A stretch of 64,000 bases of DNA from Euprymna scolopes (Eukaryota), in NCBI GenBank assembly GCA_053919585.1, contig CM132794.1; one strand, written 5' to 3'. Each line of letters starts with the position of its first letter. Positions within the stretch are counted from its first letter, which is position 1. The position numbers were made by a program, and so were the translations under genes. Below are positions 62,891-64,000 of this stretch, piece after piece. The notes beneath the pieces are model-generated. The model made no database searches and was not told the DNA's origin. It saw nothing but the letters and a program-made list of their open reading frames with translations.

Positions 62891-63141
62891 AAACTATTAT
62901 ATTTAAGCGTACGAGTTGCCTTCCAATATTCCAAGTTTTTTTGTTTGTTTTGTTTTTTGTACAGCCATTTACAATTTTCTTAAACTCTTGAAATTTTAGT
63001 ATGTCATTGCTGTACATCTTATCAGACGACTGACCAGTTTTTATGATTTCAGGTACAAATAAGCAACTAGAGCAGAAAGTAAAATGCGCTCTACTAAAGC
63101 CTTATTGTCACAGCTGGTGAATTTAAAAAATGCAATTAAGA

Positions 63142-63856
63142 CGTGGGGGCACTTTAGAAGAACGATATGCAATAAAATTCAGTTTTAAACTTGGAAAAAA
63201 ACGGTACAGAAACGTATGGAATGCCTCCGACTGCTTTTGGATCATCTTGCATGCATTGATCATCAGTTTTTGAGTGGCACCAGATATTAAAGGAAGGCAG
63301 GGAGTCTGTGAGGAATAATAAGATGTGTGGGAGAAGTAAGGAAGTCAGAACACAAGAGTTAATCGGCCAAATAAAGAATTTCATACATAAGAACTGCCGT
63401 GTTCCTATAGAGACAATAAGTGCACAGTTTTATGTCAGTGTGGGAACTGTACACACAATTATTTGCGAGGAACTGTAGATGCATTTTATTTGCGCGAAGT
63501 GTGTCCCAAGTATGATCTTAGAAGATCAGAAAGTAAGACGTTACCATAGGCATCAAGACAGTTCCTCACACGTCCTATAGTCCACACCTTGTTTCCTGTG
63601 ATTTTTGGTTATTCTCTAAGCTCAAGGAATCAATTATAGACTGTTGCTATTAGACAATTGAGGAGATAAAAGATAGTGTAACGAGGGTCAGTGACACGTC
63701 CACACAAGAGAACTTCTATGGAGCCTTCCAGAAGTTTTTGGAAGATTACAACAAGCAGCCGAAAGAGATTACTTCGAAGAGGACTAGAATTCCATGTATG
63801 TTCTACCAAGAAAAGTGTCCATGCGAAAAGTATGGAAACTTATTGAAGTCACCTCG
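63142..63856 (+). mobile_element. Internally deleted mariner remnant
   Basis: YSPHLVSCDFWLFSKLK (YSPDL-type motif), GTVHTIICEEL..CAKCVP, and a right terminus ..TCACCTCG|TA. Confidence 0.7.
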
Positions 63857-64000
63857 TATGGCTAATGCAGTTAACGATTTGAAAGCCATATTTGTTTAGG
63901 GGGGGGAGAGTCAACTATTATTTAAAGAGATTTAAAAAACATATTATATAATCCTAAGCTTAATAAAACCTTTTGTATGCTTAGTACCACGTGCTTTTTT

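Overview
AT-rich eukaryotic (probably invertebrate animal) intergenic or intronic DNA with five assembly gaps and no recognisable host gene. Most identifiable features are mobile elements: nested LTR-retrotransposon remnants (1-4048), a full-length Tc1 with ~200-bp TIRs, a nearly intact ~6.9-kb Helitron (STPR-like repeats, Zn finger, HUH Rep, Pif1 helicase, one frameshift), non-autonomous Helitrons, Penelope remnants, two CR1-clade LINEs, an RTE tail, mariner remnants, MITE-like fold-backs, microsatellites and a 3.9-kb 31-bp minisatellite. Three RNA-level signals stand out. (1) The Helitron carries, just upstream of RepHel, a U2 snRNA-like module: a 26-nt match spanning the branch-point recognition sequence, folded back on an antisense copy and followed by a pyrimidine tract/AG, a GAAA hairpin and an Sm-like site. 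(2) A GC-rich ~384-bp unit is repeated 4.3 times in tandem, folds almost entirely into hairpins, shows compensatory changes between copies, and lacks any ribozyme core I recognise, so it is a candidate retrozyme/circular-RNA replicon. (3) At least three type I hammerhead ribozymes are present. All calls were made by eye; novelty was not checked against any database.
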